From Thainema sp. (lineage in GTDB: Bacteria > Cyanobacteriota > Cyanobacteriia > Phormidesmidales > Phormidesmidaceae), in NCBI GenBank assembly GCA_052168235.1, contig JBQLZK010000012.1, positions 32,001 to 96,000 of the forward strand: DNA of 64,000 nt, read 5' to 3'. A program made the position numbers and the translations under genes. This document shows, piece after piece, positions 40,421-49,967 of this stretch; the stretch's first letter is position 1, and each line of letters opens with the position of its first letter. The notes under the pieces are model-generated. The model worked only from the letters and a program-made list of their open reading frames with translations, made no database searches and was not told the origin of the DNA.

Positions 40421-41542
40421 CTACGAATTATCCGCACTGTCACCCGATTGACTACGAGCCTCTACCGCGTCGCGAATGGCATTTTGAGCGGCTTGATGTG
40501 CCTCTAGCGTTTCGCTAAATACATGCGTGCCGTCGTAGCGAGCCACAAAGAAGAGATAGTTTGTATCGGCGGGATAGAGAGTGGCTTCTAAACTGGCTAA
40601 ACCGGGACTTGCGATCGCAGTTGGCGGTAAACCCGCATTCATGTATGTGTTATAGGGTGAAGGCGTTTCCACTTGGGCAAAGGTCAGCGGCTGCTCAACG
40701 GTTTGGCGAATGCCTAGAGCATATTCAACGGTCGGATCGGCTTCTAAGCGCATTCCTTCGCGCAAGCGATTGGTAAACACACCAGCAATAACGGATCGCT
40801 CATCGGCAACGACCGATTCTTTCTCAACAATACTGGCTAGTGTGACCCATTCCAGCAGACTCAAACTAGTTTGATCTTGGCCCTCCTGATACAGCGGTAA
40901 GGCGACTTGCTCAAACCGGCTGAGCATTTGATTGATAAAGGAGGTCGGTGAGACCACGTCACTGGCCAACTGGTAGGTGTCGGGATATAAAAAGCCCTCT
41001 AAATGGGGCAAATCGGCAGGCAACCAAGGATACTGATCGTAAGGAATTTGACGAGTGGCTGCTTTAAACTCCTCCGCTGAGAAAAAGCCCTGTTCCTCAA
41101 AGGACTCAGCCATCTGATCGATCGACCAGCCTTCTGGTACCGTAAAGCTGGTTTGCAGTACATCGCCTTGCCAGATCTGATTGGCAATTTCTTCCATTGA
41201 CTGATTGGGAGATAGCTCATAAACCCCAGCCTGAAAATCCCCTGTCCGATTTGAAAGATGTTGCCAGCGTGTCCACAAATCCCAGGCTGTTGCAGAACGG
41301 ATTAGACCAGTCGTTTCCAAATTCTTTCCAATTTGCTGACCCGGTGTACCGGGCGGAATTTCAATCTGAATTTCCGCCTCAGTGCCATCTGCCGGGCTTT
41401 CCGCTGTACTGTTTGACTCCGATTCGGCAGCCGTGACTGGGGCACTGGCCCAACTCCACCACGCCCAACCTTGCCAGGCACAAACGCCTAGCACAGCCGC
41501 TCCGAAGAGAAGAAATAACAGTCCTTTAAAACGCGATTTCAT
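40421..41542 (-). CDS. mltG: Endolytic transglycosylase MltG
   Basis: N-terminal TM, TVPEG, LEGFLYPDTY, ASIVEKE, SPYNTY...GLPPTAIASPG, YLFFVA. Confidence 0.93.
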   Translation of the reverse strand: MKSRFKGLLFLLFGAAVLGVCAWQGWAWWSWASAPVTAAESESNSTAESPADGTEAEIQIEIPPGTPGQQIGKNLETTGLIRSATAWDLWTRWQHLSNRTGDFQAGVYELSPNQSMEEIANQIWQGDVLQTSFTVPEGWSIDQMAESFEEQGFFSAEEFKAATRQIPYDQYPWLPADLPHLEGFLYPDTYQLASDVVSPTSFINQMLSRFEQVALPLYQEGQDQTSLSLLEWVTLASIVEKESVVADERSVIAGVFTNRLREGMRLEADPTVEYALGIRQTVEQPLTFAQVETPSPYNTYMNAGLPPTAIASPGLASLEATLYPADTNYLFFVARYDGTHVFSETLEAHQAAQNAIRDAVEARSQSGDSADNS

Positions 41543-41632
41543 AATGCTAGCCGTGAGTAGGGGACTATTAGCACAACCCAAAGTTAGCCTGTCGGATTGA
41601 TGCCAACCGCAATAGTATCAATCCAACCTCAA

Positions 41633-42205
41633 TTAATCATCTAGTACATCAAATAGCTGATCTTCGAGTTGTGGTCGCATCTGCTGAAACTCAGTTGGTG
41701 ATAATAACCTTGGCTTTCCAGTTTCATCTAGCCGGGCAAAGAATAGCAGCGGATCAAGCGGCGTGCACGCGATATACTCTTGGTCCTGATAGTAAAACGT
41801 GGTCAGCTGTTGAAACTGCTCTAAGTCAGCCTCACCTTTACCTTCGTCTTCTTCTTCAACATCAAGCGAAATCACCTCGTCTTCGTCAACCTCTGGTAAA
41901 TCACCCGCTGCAGTTAGTGTCAATGCTGTCCGATATAGCCGTAAATCCTGTTCGGCCAGCACAGCTTTCGCGGTTTCGAACACGCTGTCGATTTCTTCCT
42001 CTTCGACATCAACCAGGAATTCTTCTTCGCCCGTTTCATCGTCTTGCCAAGCAAATATCTCGATGGGGGCATGAACTGGCATGAGCAGCAGATAAGTTTC
42101 ACCGTCGATCTCGAAACTGCGCTCAACATAGCACGGCAAATCTCGACCGGCTTCATCCGTTAACGCCACCGTCGGCATATCTAAATCTGTATCGTCGTCG
42201 TGCAT
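41633..42205 (-). CDS. DUF3727/DUF1292-like acidic protein
   Basis: LTDEAGRDLPCYVE, AVLAEQDL, TPLDPLLFFAR; located between ruvX and mltG. Confidence 0.75.
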   Translation of the reverse strand: MHDDDTDLDMPTVALTDEAGRDLPCYVERSFEIDGETYLLLMPVHAPIEIFAWQDDETGEEEFLVDVEEEEIDSVFETAKAVLAEQDLRLYRTALTLTAAGDLPEVDEDEVISLDVEEEDEGKGEADLEQFQQLTTFYYQDQEYIACTPLDPLLFFARLDETGKPRLLSPTEFQQMRPQLEDQLFDVLDD

Positions 42206-42324
42206 GCTTGCTAAACCTTTGTTTGATCAACCTTACTCATCAATCCTTATAGCAGTTTATGAGCAGGTTCGGGTAAAGCATACCTTTAAACCCTAACTGC
42301 TACATGGAGTTTAAATGCTGGGCA

Positions 42325-42747
42325 CTACCGTTGGTCAAGCCACTGCTGCAAAATGATGGCGGCAGCTTTGCGGTCAATTAAAGCTTTATGGTGAGCAGGA
42401 GATCGCCGTTCAGCCTGCAACAGTTGCTCCGCTTCATAGGAGGTCAATCGCTCATCAACATACTCAATTGGCAAATTGAGCGCCTGGGATAATCGTTCCG
42501 CGACTTTCTGGATCTGTCGTGCCTGATGCCCGATCGTGCCATCCATTGAGTAAGGCATACCGATCACAAGCAATTGAACCTGGCGCTCATTGACCAGTTC
42601 TTGGAGTGCTTCAACTAAATGATCAAACGATCGGCGCTGAATCGTCGTCAACCCTGTCGCGATCAGTCCCATGCCATCGCAGCCCGCGACACCGACCCGC
42701 TTGCGGCCAATATCTAATCCCAATGCTGAAACACGCGACGCTGCCAT
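42325..42747 (-). CDS. ruvX: YqgF/RuvX RNase H-like nuclease
   Basis: LGLDIGRKRVGVA, VIGMP, VDERLTS, IDRKAAAIILQQWL. Confidence 0.93.
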   Translation of the reverse strand: MAASRVSALGLDIGRKRVGVAGCDGMGLIATGLTTIQRRSFDHLVEALQELVNERQVQLLVIGMPYSMDGTIGHQARQIQKVAERLSQALNLPIEYVDERLTSYEAEQLLQAERRSPAHHKALIDRKAAAIILQQWLDQR

Positions 42748-42755
42748 ATTTTTGT

Positions 42756-44096
42756 TTAACCAGACGACCCATCCTGAGATAGATCAGGGAAATTTCGCCC
42801 CGGTTTGGGTCGATTGGGTTCAGAGGCAAAATCGCGATCGCGATTTTGCCCTCCGCTACCATTACCGTTGCCGTTGCCACCTACTTCAGTATCCGGCAGA
42901 GCGGTTGACTCGTGATACGGAAGCAAGGGTTCGGACGACGGCGACATCCGCCAAGACATCCGACCGGGTACAGGCTTGCGTGAAGGCTGTAATCCTTGCA
43001 GCATATCCGATAGCTGAAGCGCATCCAACGAAACAGGCTTCGATTCCCGCAGCTTGTGCCACACCGAACGAGACATCATTAGCGTTTGCTCAATCGGGCT
43101 AGCCTCAATCCGCGTTAGGTACTCTTCTCGCTCTGGCTGATAATCCGAAGACGACAAATGCAGGGTCTGCTCAGGAAAGGTTTGGACAATCCGCGCCATT
43201 TGAGAAACCAGTTCTGGATACAGCCAGGTATAAGCCGGATGTACCGTTAGTTTGGCTCGATGGGCGCGACTGCCATCGCGACAGCATTCCACTCGGAAAT
43301 AGCCGATAGCAGCCTTGCGCTGTGACTCAAACACATAACCGCTGACTACTTCAGTGCGATTGAGCCAGTGGCGCATCGTGTCGATGCAGGAACTGAGCAA
43401 TCCCGTCTTAAAATCTTGAATTTGATGGTCAAAAACCTGCCGTACCAGTGGCGGCATGGAAGCGGTGTCGAGTTGATATAGCAATTGAGCATCGGCGTTA
43501 CTCACTGGCAGCAGATTAGGTAGAGTCGGTTCCTGCTCAGCGAGAGTCTTGAGCTGCTCGGGTTTGAGCGCCCAATAGGTCAGATGGGCTAGGGGTTGGA
43601 ATCCGTTTTGCCGATAGAGAGCCAGCGAATCTTTGTCGTTGACGCTGACTTCTAACAGCCAAGTCCGAGCTTCCCAAAAGGACTCGAAACAGTGCCGCAG
43701 TAGCAGCGAACCAGCATCCGATGCTAACTTAAGCTGCTCATCATCTGATGATCCATTCAACTTGGTGGAATCAACTGCCACTTGATCTACTCGCCATGTG
43801 CTGCGGGTGCGGTTGAAGGGAGAAACCTGGATTAACCCGCAGAGTTGGTTGCTCTGAACCGCCACATATGTATAGAACAATTGCTTGATCGGGCGCGGCA
43901 TCAGGCTGAGGAACTTCAGCGGTACATACCACCGCCGCATTTGCTCAAATCGCTGGTGGGTCGGCATATCCGGATAGAGCTGGTTGGCAACGCTACCGTC
44001 CTCTTCTTTCTCAAAGAACGACTCAAGTTCGTCCAGATCTTTGTACTGAACTGGACGAATAACAAAGGAAGTGTTTTGGGAGGTTGCTAAGGCCAT
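42756..44096 (-). CDS. GNAT family N-acetyltransferase
   Basis: IRPVQYKDL, VSPFNRTRSTWRV, ALYRQNGFQPLA. Confidence 0.8.
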   Translation of the reverse strand: MALATSQNTSFVIRPVQYKDLDELESFFEKEEDGSVANQLYPDMPTHQRFEQMRRWYVPLKFLSLMPRPIKQLFYTYVAVQSNQLCGLIQVSPFNRTRSTWRVDQVAVDSTKLNGSSDDEQLKLASDAGSLLLRHCFESFWEARTWLLEVSVNDKDSLALYRQNGFQPLAHLTYWALKPEQLKTLAEQEPTLPNLLPVSNADAQLLYQLDTASMPPLVRQVFDHQIQDFKTGLLSSCIDTMRHWLNRTEVVSGYVFESQRKAAIGYFRVECCRDGSRAHRAKLTVHPAYTWLYPELVSQMARIVQTFPEQTLHLSSSDYQPEREEYLTRIEASPIEQTLMMSRSVWHKLRESKPVSLDALQLSDMLQGLQPSRKPVPGRMSWRMSPSSEPLLPYHESTALPDTEVGGNGNGNGSGGQNRDRDFASEPNRPKPGRNFPDLSQDGSSG

Positions 44097-44162
44097 TGGA
44101 GTCCAACCTAAATACAACGGACGAGCCAGACACCCAAAGTACCCTTCTATGAAAGACCCTTG

Positions 44163-45353
44163 CTACTTGGTCAGAGTTGGCGCAACAGCGGGGCGAATTA
44201 AAACGAGTGGCGTTTGCTCATCTGCATTACCCGCTGGATTGTCAATCAAAGCCCGTTCCAGTAGGGGAAGGGATACGTCAGACGTTGCTGCCAATATCTT
44301 AACCGCTTTTAAGTCGTTCACGTCTACGATCGCAGCCGCGAGACCTGTTTCGGCTCGGATTTGGTCAACAACCTGCTGTGGATTATCTGGGCCCAGTACG
44401 ATGAATTGATCATAGGGGGGAAGAGTTCCCGTGACATCATCAATTAGGCGGGCTTGTTCCCCTGCTAGCTGATAGAAACCGCCTCTATATCTAAAGAATA
44501 GGCGCATTAAGCTGCCGCCGATAAATGCAAAGGCCACCCGCCACGCACCGACTTGATCCACCAGCGTTTGCATCCCACAGGCGGTTGCCAAACTGGACGT
44601 GGGTAAAAAGTAATAGCAAATGTGTCGCGCCAGCCAACCCGGCTTAACGTCTGTCGGATGCCGCCAGCGCCCCTGCATGATAGCAACTGGAGTTTCTCCC
44701 AGCGTGACGATATCGCCCGGTTGAGCATAGGGTGCGACGTAGCGCTTTACAATTTCAACTGGAGTGTCGAGGTGCGTCAATAAATGGGTGGGAATGGGCA
44801 AGATATCTGCATCAGCCGTGGGACGCCAAGCAGCCTGATTGGGATCAACGGTGGGAAATTTCAGCGGCACCACCACGTGTTTGCGTTTGGGAATTCGTCC
44901 TTGCGGACCGTAAGTGACGTATTCAATTCTCACCCAGAGGGCTTTGAGGTTCCGCAGCTCTGGGCCACTGATCTCGATTTCGATTTCGAGATGGGTCGTT
45001 TTTGCGCCTTTGACAATGTATGCAAACCAGTAGTCATCGGGCCGAGACGACATATCGGGATGATTGGGACGGAGGCGCACGGTATGCGTCGTCTGAGTTA
45101 AAGAACTGCCGGATAGCAGAGTTGCTTCGGCATGTACCTCGGGTACCATAATCTCTAACTTACGGGTCAGGTTTTGAAACTCTAAATCCCCCAATATGCG
45201 GTAGTAATCTGGCTCGTAAGCCTCAATGTTCCAGTCGCCAGAGGTCAGCGCCAAGGCATTTCCCTGACGTCGGCGATACTGAAGCTCAAACAGCACTAGC
45301 CCTAGAATCACCAGGAGCACTAGAATGCCAATGCCAATGCCGATTAATGCCAT
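44163..45353 (-). CDS. F420-0:gamma-glutamyl ligase-like protein with N-terminal membrane anchor
   Basis: GETPVAIMQGR, IDDVTGTLPPYD, VDVNDL, DNPAGNADEQTP. Confidence 0.75.
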   Translation of the reverse strand: MALIGIGIGILVLLVILGLVLFELQYRRRQGNALALTSGDWNIEAYEPDYYRILGDLEFQNLTRKLEIMVPEVHAEATLLSGSSLTQTTHTVRLRPNHPDMSSRPDDYWFAYIVKGAKTTHLEIEIEISGPELRNLKALWVRIEYVTYGPQGRIPKRKHVVVPLKFPTVDPNQAAWRPTADADILPIPTHLLTHLDTPVEIVKRYVAPYAQPGDIVTLGETPVAIMQGRWRHPTDVKPGWLARHICYYFLPTSSLATACGMQTLVDQVGAWRVAFAFIGGSLMRLFFRYRGGFYQLAGEQARLIDDVTGTLPPYDQFIVLGPDNPQQVVDQIRAETGLAAAIVDVNDLKAVKILAATSDVSLPLLERALIDNPAGNADEQTPLVLIRPAVAPTLTK

Positions 45354-45613
45354 AGTCTTATATCCTCAAGTTGCCTCATTCGAGAACTACCATGCACGAT
45401 TCCTTTAAGAGACTATCGAAAAATGGCTCGGTCGGAATGATTTTTTGCCCGGATTTTGCGAGGGTATGTAGTTCGGAGGTGCGATCGCACTTCAAATCCA
45501 AACAAGCTCAAAGTTTACAAAACTTATAAGTTGCGGCACGATGTAGAGAAATCTGAGTAGCAAAAGAAATCTAAGCGATATTGCTGCGAGTGGCAGTTGG
45601 GGAGAATTCAGTC

Positions 45614-46561
45614 ATGAATCGGTTGATAGTTGCAGAACGGTATTGTCTAATTGGGCATATTGTGTCGATGGCATTTGGCCTCGCAGGTCTGCTGTTGGTG
45701 GTGCCCCATCCAGAGTTTTTAGATCATGTCCCAGCCGGCCATACGATGTTTAGCTGGAGTATGGCGGGTGGTGGCGTGTCCTACATTCTGCTGGGTGCGA
45801 TTGCAGTTGCCATCTATGCCTATCGCAATTTGGGCACGAAAATCTGGCTGGCGTTCATGATTCCAGCGATTTTGATTTCACTGGGTAGTGAACTATTGGG
45901 AACCAGCACGGGCTTCCCCTTTGGCGACTACAGCTATCTGAGCGGATTAGGCTACAAGATTGCTGGACTTGTCCCCTTCACCATTCCCCTCTCGTGGTTT
46001 TACTTAGGCCTTTCCGCTTACCTGCTGGCACGGGGCGGTCTCGCGCGCGTGAGCAACGGTGTCACCATTCCAATGGGCGTTGGTCGTCAGTTGATCTGCA
46101 TTGGGTTGGGTGCCCTGCTGCTCACCTCTTGGGACTTTGTGCTGGATCCAGCCATGAGCCAAACAGGGATGCCGTTCTGGTACTGGCATCAGGAAGGGGC
46201 ATTTTTTGGTATGCCCTATCAGAACTTTGCCGGCTGGCTCGGCACAGGTGCAACCTTTATGACCATTGCCGCACTGTTGTGGCGCAAGCGGGTCTTTGCC
46301 TTTACTCAAACGCAATTAACGCTGCCCTTGGTGATTTATCTGAGCAACTTTGCCTTCGCCATGATCATGAGTTTGGCGGGTGGCATCATTACTCCGGTAC
46401 TTTTGGGACTGGTATTGGGTGCGGTTCCTGCCGTTGTTTGCTGGTATTTGACACCTAAAGTTGCCGTTGCGCCATCACTGGCTGAGGCACCTGTGATGGG
46501 TACGGCTCCGCAAGAACTAGGTTCTGAAGTAACCACAACAACAGTCGGTGTTTTGAAATAA
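45614..46561 (+). CDS. cruF: Gamma-carotene 1'-hydroxylase (myxoxanthophyll pathway)
   Basis: SELLGTSTGFPFG, VPFTIPLSWFY, WDFVLDPAM, GMPYQNFAGW; adjacent to cruG. Confidence 0.88.
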   Translation: MNRLIVAERYCLIGHIVSMAFGLAGLLLVVPHPEFLDHVPAGHTMFSWSMAGGGVSYILLGAIAVAIYAYRNLGTKIWLAFMIPAILISLGSELLGTSTGFPFGDYSYLSGLGYKIAGLVPFTIPLSWFYLGLSAYLLARGGLARVSNGVTIPMGVGRQLICIGLGALLLTSWDFVLDPAMSQTGMPFWYWHQEGAFFGMPYQNFAGWLGTGATFMTIAALLWRKRVFAFTQTQLTLPLVIYLSNFAFAMIMSLAGGIITPVLLGLVLGAVPAVVCWYLTPKVAVAPSLAEAPVMGTAPQELGSEVTTTTVGVLK

Positions 46562-46591
46562 ATGGCATCGGTTAGACATCATTGGTTGGAT

Positions 46592-46614
46592 GGGGTGGGC
46601 ACTGCCCACCCTAC
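46592..46614 (-). repeat. GTAG-type REP-like hairpin between cruF and cruG
   Basis: Minus strand GTAGGGTGGGCAgTGCCCACCC. Confidence 0.65.
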
Positions 46615-46654
46615 AGAGGCACGGTTAATCTGAAGAATTTGGGTAGGCGCAGGT

Positions 46655-47863
46655 TTGGCAGGATTTGAATTCGGGATTAATGCGATCGCACTCATTCTCT
46701 TAGTGCTGCAAGTACCTGCGATCGCGGTTTTACTGTCGCGTTTATTACAAGGGCCAAAGCGCAAAGCGCCGATATCTCCCCAACCTCCTCATCCAGGTTT
46801 ACTGGGTCAGGTTAGCGTCGTAGTGCCAACGCTGAATGAAGCGGAGCGGATTCAGCCTTGTCTAGACGGCCTCAGCCAGCAGAGCTATGAACTGCGAGAG
46901 GTGATCGTCGTAGACAGCCGCTCTCAGGATGGCACACAAGATCTAGTCAAGCAGCAGCAGCAGCGCGATCCTCGCTTTCGGCTGATTGAGGATGATCCCT
47001 TGCCTGCCGATTGGGTCGGTCGGCCCTGGGCGCTGCATACGGGCTTTTTGCATAGCAGTGAGCAGAGTCAATGGGTGCTGGGCATTGATGCCGATACGAA
47101 ACCCAAGCCAGGCTTAATCGCAGGTCTAATCACTGCTGCCGAGTCCGCTGGTTATGACCTTGTTTCGCTTTCTCCCCAATTCATTTTGAAAACCGCTGGA
47201 GAATGCTGGCTTCAGCCCGCACTGTTGATGACGCTGGTCTACCGCTTTGGGCCGTCTGGCGCAGGTGAGGGTACGGCTGAGCGAGTCATGGCCAATGGCC
47301 AGTGTTTTCTCTGTCGGCGGTCGGTATTAGCAAGTCTGGGAGGCTACAGCAGCGCTCGCCAGTCCTTCTGTGATGACGTGACGCTGGCTCGCTATGCGGC
47401 GGCCAATGGTGCCAAAGTCGGCTTCTGGGACGGAGCCAAGCTGATTCAGGTGCGGATGTATGAAGGGATGGCGGAAACCTGGCGCGAATGGGGCCGCTCG
47501 CTGGATTTGAAAGATGCCTGTTCCGTCGGTCAAAAGTGGGGCGATTTAGGTTTTCTCACGGCGGTTCAGGGCTTACCGTGGATTCTCACGCCTATATTTA
47601 CTGGCCTCTATGCGTCGGGTTATGAGAGCTTACCTGTGCTGGCCGTTGGCCTGAGTAACGGGATTTTGTGCCTGATTCGGTTTGCGCTACTAGCTGCGAT
47701 CGCACCTTCCTATGATCTCACTGAAGCAAAAGGTGCATGGGCATTCTGGCTCTCACCTTTGGCTGATCCGCTAGCGGTAATTCGGATCTATCTTTCATCC
47801 CTACAGACGCCAAAAAACTGGCGAGGCCGCATTTACAATTGGTCTAGCGAATGGTCTCACTAA
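46655..47863 (+). CDS. cruG: Myxol 2'-O-glycosyltransferase
   Basis: VVVPTLNE, WVGRPWAL, GIDADT, MANGQC, SFCDDV, EWGRSLDLKD; follows cruF; start uncertain. Confidence 0.85.
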   Translation: MAGFEFGINAIALILLVLQVPAIAVLLSRLLQGPKRKAPISPQPPHPGLLGQVSVVVPTLNEAERIQPCLDGLSQQSYELREVIVVDSRSQDGTQDLVKQQQQRDPRFRLIEDDPLPADWVGRPWALHTGFLHSSEQSQWVLGIDADTKPKPGLIAGLITAAESAGYDLVSLSPQFILKTAGECWLQPALLMTLVYRFGPSGAGEGTAERVMANGQCFLCRRSVLASLGGYSSARQSFCDDVTLARYAAANGAKVGFWDGAKLIQVRMYEGMAETWREWGRSLDLKDACSVGQKWGDLGFLTAVQGLPWILTPIFTGLYASGYESLPVLAVGLSNGILCLIRFALLAAIAPSYDLTEAKGAWAFWLSPLADPLAVIRIYLSSLQTPKNWRGRIYNWSSEWSH

Positions 47864-47916
47864 ATTTTGAATTAATACATCGAAATCAATTGTGAACTTA
47901 ACTTGAGATTTAAATC

Positions 47917-48699
47917 GTGGAATCAAATTCCATCATCTGGCTGGGACTACTCGCTAGTTTCGTCGCAGGTCTAGGAACTGGCGTTGGCTCACTGCCTATC
48001 CTATTTCTGCGGCAAATTTCTAAGAATGTACAGGGCATCATGCTCGGCTTTGGTGCGGGCGTCATGCTGGCGGCATCGGCCTTTTCTCTAATCGTTCCCG
48101 GTGTAGAAGCCGCAGTTGAAGTCACGGGCAATGAGCTACTATCCGCTCTAATTGTGGCAGCAGGTGTGATTCTAGGTGGCGTTTTTCTCTGGCTGAGCAA
48201 TCGCTACTTTCCCCACGAACACTTTATTAAGGGGCCGGAAGGTTCCAACATTCAAAACCTACGGCGCGTCTGGCTGTTTATCATCGCGATCACCATTCAC
48301 AATTTCCCAGAAGGCTTAGCGGTCGGAGTCGGTTTCGGTGGGGGGGATGTGTCCAACGGCATCGCGTTGGCAACGGGCATCGGTCTGCAAAACATACCAG
48401 AGGGGCTGGTCGTTGCCCTATCTCTTATTACGGAACGCTATTCTCGCTTGAGCGCTCTGGGCATTAGCCTCGCGACCGGGCTCGTGGAACCTGTAGGCGG
48501 ACTGATTGGGGCCGCAGCGGTTTCCGTGGCGCAGCCGATTCTTCCTTGGGCAATGGGCTTTGCCGCTGGCGCAATGCTGTTTGTAATTAGTGATGAAATT
48601 ATTCCAGAATCCAATCGCTTAGGCTATGAGCAGGCGGCAACCGTTGGTTTGATGACGGGCTTTGTAGTGATGATGGTGCTGGATGTTTCGCTGGGTTAG
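47917..48699 (+). CDS. ZIP family metal transporter (GufA/ZupT-like)
   Basis: PHEH, HNFPEGLAVG, IGLQNIPEG, EPVG, DEIIPE. Confidence 0.92.
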   Translation: MESNSIIWLGLLASFVAGLGTGVGSLPILFLRQISKNVQGIMLGFGAGVMLAASAFSLIVPGVEAAVEVTGNELLSALIVAAGVILGGVFLWLSNRYFPHEHFIKGPEGSNIQNLRRVWLFIIAITIHNFPEGLAVGVGFGGGDVSNGIALATGIGLQNIPEGLVVALSLITERYSRLSALGISLATGLVEPVGGLIGAAAVSVAQPILPWAMGFAAGAMLFVISDEIIPESNRLGYEQAATVGLMTGFVVMMVLDVSLG

Positions 48700-48714
48700 G
48701 TGTGTTTGGGTTAT

Positions 48715-48818
48715 CTCACATCTTGCACCTTGCAAACCAAAGACCCAGAAGGGTGATTTTGCCGCCGCGTCGCGGCGGCAAAATCACCCTTCTGGGTCTT
48801 TGGTTTGCAAGATGTGAG
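48715..48818 (+). mobile_element. 104-bp MITE-like palindromic element, family B copy 2, with perfect 40-bp arms
   Basis: CTCACATCTTGCA...TGCAAGATGTGAG ends; arms 48729-48768 and 48772-48811 around GTC; between convergent genes. Confidence 0.88.
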
Positions 48819-48827
48819 GTTATGGGA

Positions 48828-49613
48828 TCACTGAGAAGTATCACTGTATAAACTGGCTAGCTCATCTAAACCAATTGTTGACAACGTGCTGAGCCAGAGC
48901 GCATCGGCTTCTTCCTGTTCGCTGGGGGGTAAAGCTGCGATCGCATCTAGATAGTCAAACCAAAGGCCGTTGGTGCCGTAGATTTCAATTCGTTCTTCTA
49001 GATCGGCATCGGCCAGTTGAGTTGCAACTTCAGAATCCAGCATCATCCGCTGCACCCAGCCCATGATATTCAGGTTGCCCGCCGGATTTTCGGCATTACA
49101 GATCAGATCCACTGACCAGCGATAGGTGCGTCCCATAACCAGCGGTTGTGCTTCACCCGTTGGCGGCAGCGTTAGGCTGACCATACCGCCTTCGGTCGGT
49201 GCAGGCTGTACGGTTTCGTAGATCAGCATGCCCTCGGAATCCGTTCGATTGGGATCAGCCGCGTAAAGTTGAAAACGCATGGCCTCAGCGTTGGACTGGG
49301 GCACATACCAGCGAAAGGTCGGAAATGCCTGGGTGGTTTGTCCCACGTTGCTATCTGGCAGTAAGGCAATTAGGTTTGATGGGCGACCTACGGCACAGCC
49401 GCCACGGGTGCCGCCACTAGCTCGTCGTCCCGGTAAACCCGCATCAGGCGGTACAAACTGCGCTGCTGCTGGCACTGTCCACAGCGGTAGGGTTAGGCAC
49501 AGACTGCCAACTAATAATCCAAATCGTCGGCATAGCCATGCTTGCGGTGACTTGACGGTCGCAGCGAGGGGAGTGCGATCGCAAAACGGGCGAAACCAAA
49601 ACGAACGAATCAT
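48828..49613 (-). CDS. DUF928 domain protein, exported
   Basis: PGRRASGGTRG, PTFRWYVP, YRWSVDLIC, GWVQR, GLWFD. Confidence 0.85.
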   Translation of the reverse strand: MIRSFWFRPFCDRTPLAATVKSPQAWLCRRFGLLVGSLCLTLPLWTVPAAAQFVPPDAGLPGRRASGGTRGGCAVGRPSNLIALLPDSNVGQTTQAFPTFRWYVPQSNAEAMRFQLYAADPNRTDSEGMLIYETVQPAPTEGGMVSLTLPPTGEAQPLVMGRTYRWSVDLICNAENPAGNLNIMGWVQRMMLDSEVATQLADADLEERIEIYGTNGLWFDYLDAIAALPPSEQEEADALWLSTLSTIGLDELASLYSDTSQ

Positions 49614-49967
49614 AACAAGATAGGGGGGATAAGCGAATACAGGTGGGCAAAACTGCATCCAGCCTACTTTGTTTTTTCAGCAAATCGCTATGGCTATCCG
49701 GAACAAATGCGATTTTGCGATCGCAACTTTAACATCTTGACAGTAAGGCTTAGCTGTATGGCTAGCTGTGCCGTGCTCAACTTGAGCAAATTCACCATAA
49801 CCAGGTTGATCAATCGGCAGTTTCGCTTTAGAACGTAGAGGGATCTCCATGAACCTGACTACAGGTGAGGGCTCACCGCACAAATGTAGCCTTCATCTTT
49901 TAGTGAAGAAATCACCCGTAACGACCGTCACGCTTTGTTCGTCTTGATCTAAGTAAGGCACCTACTC

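Noticed and set aside
38686..45353. F420-ligase-like/GNAT/ruvX/DUF3727/mltG/yqeG run as a novel system
   Set aside because: Looks like a familiar conserved cyanobacterial housekeeping arrangement
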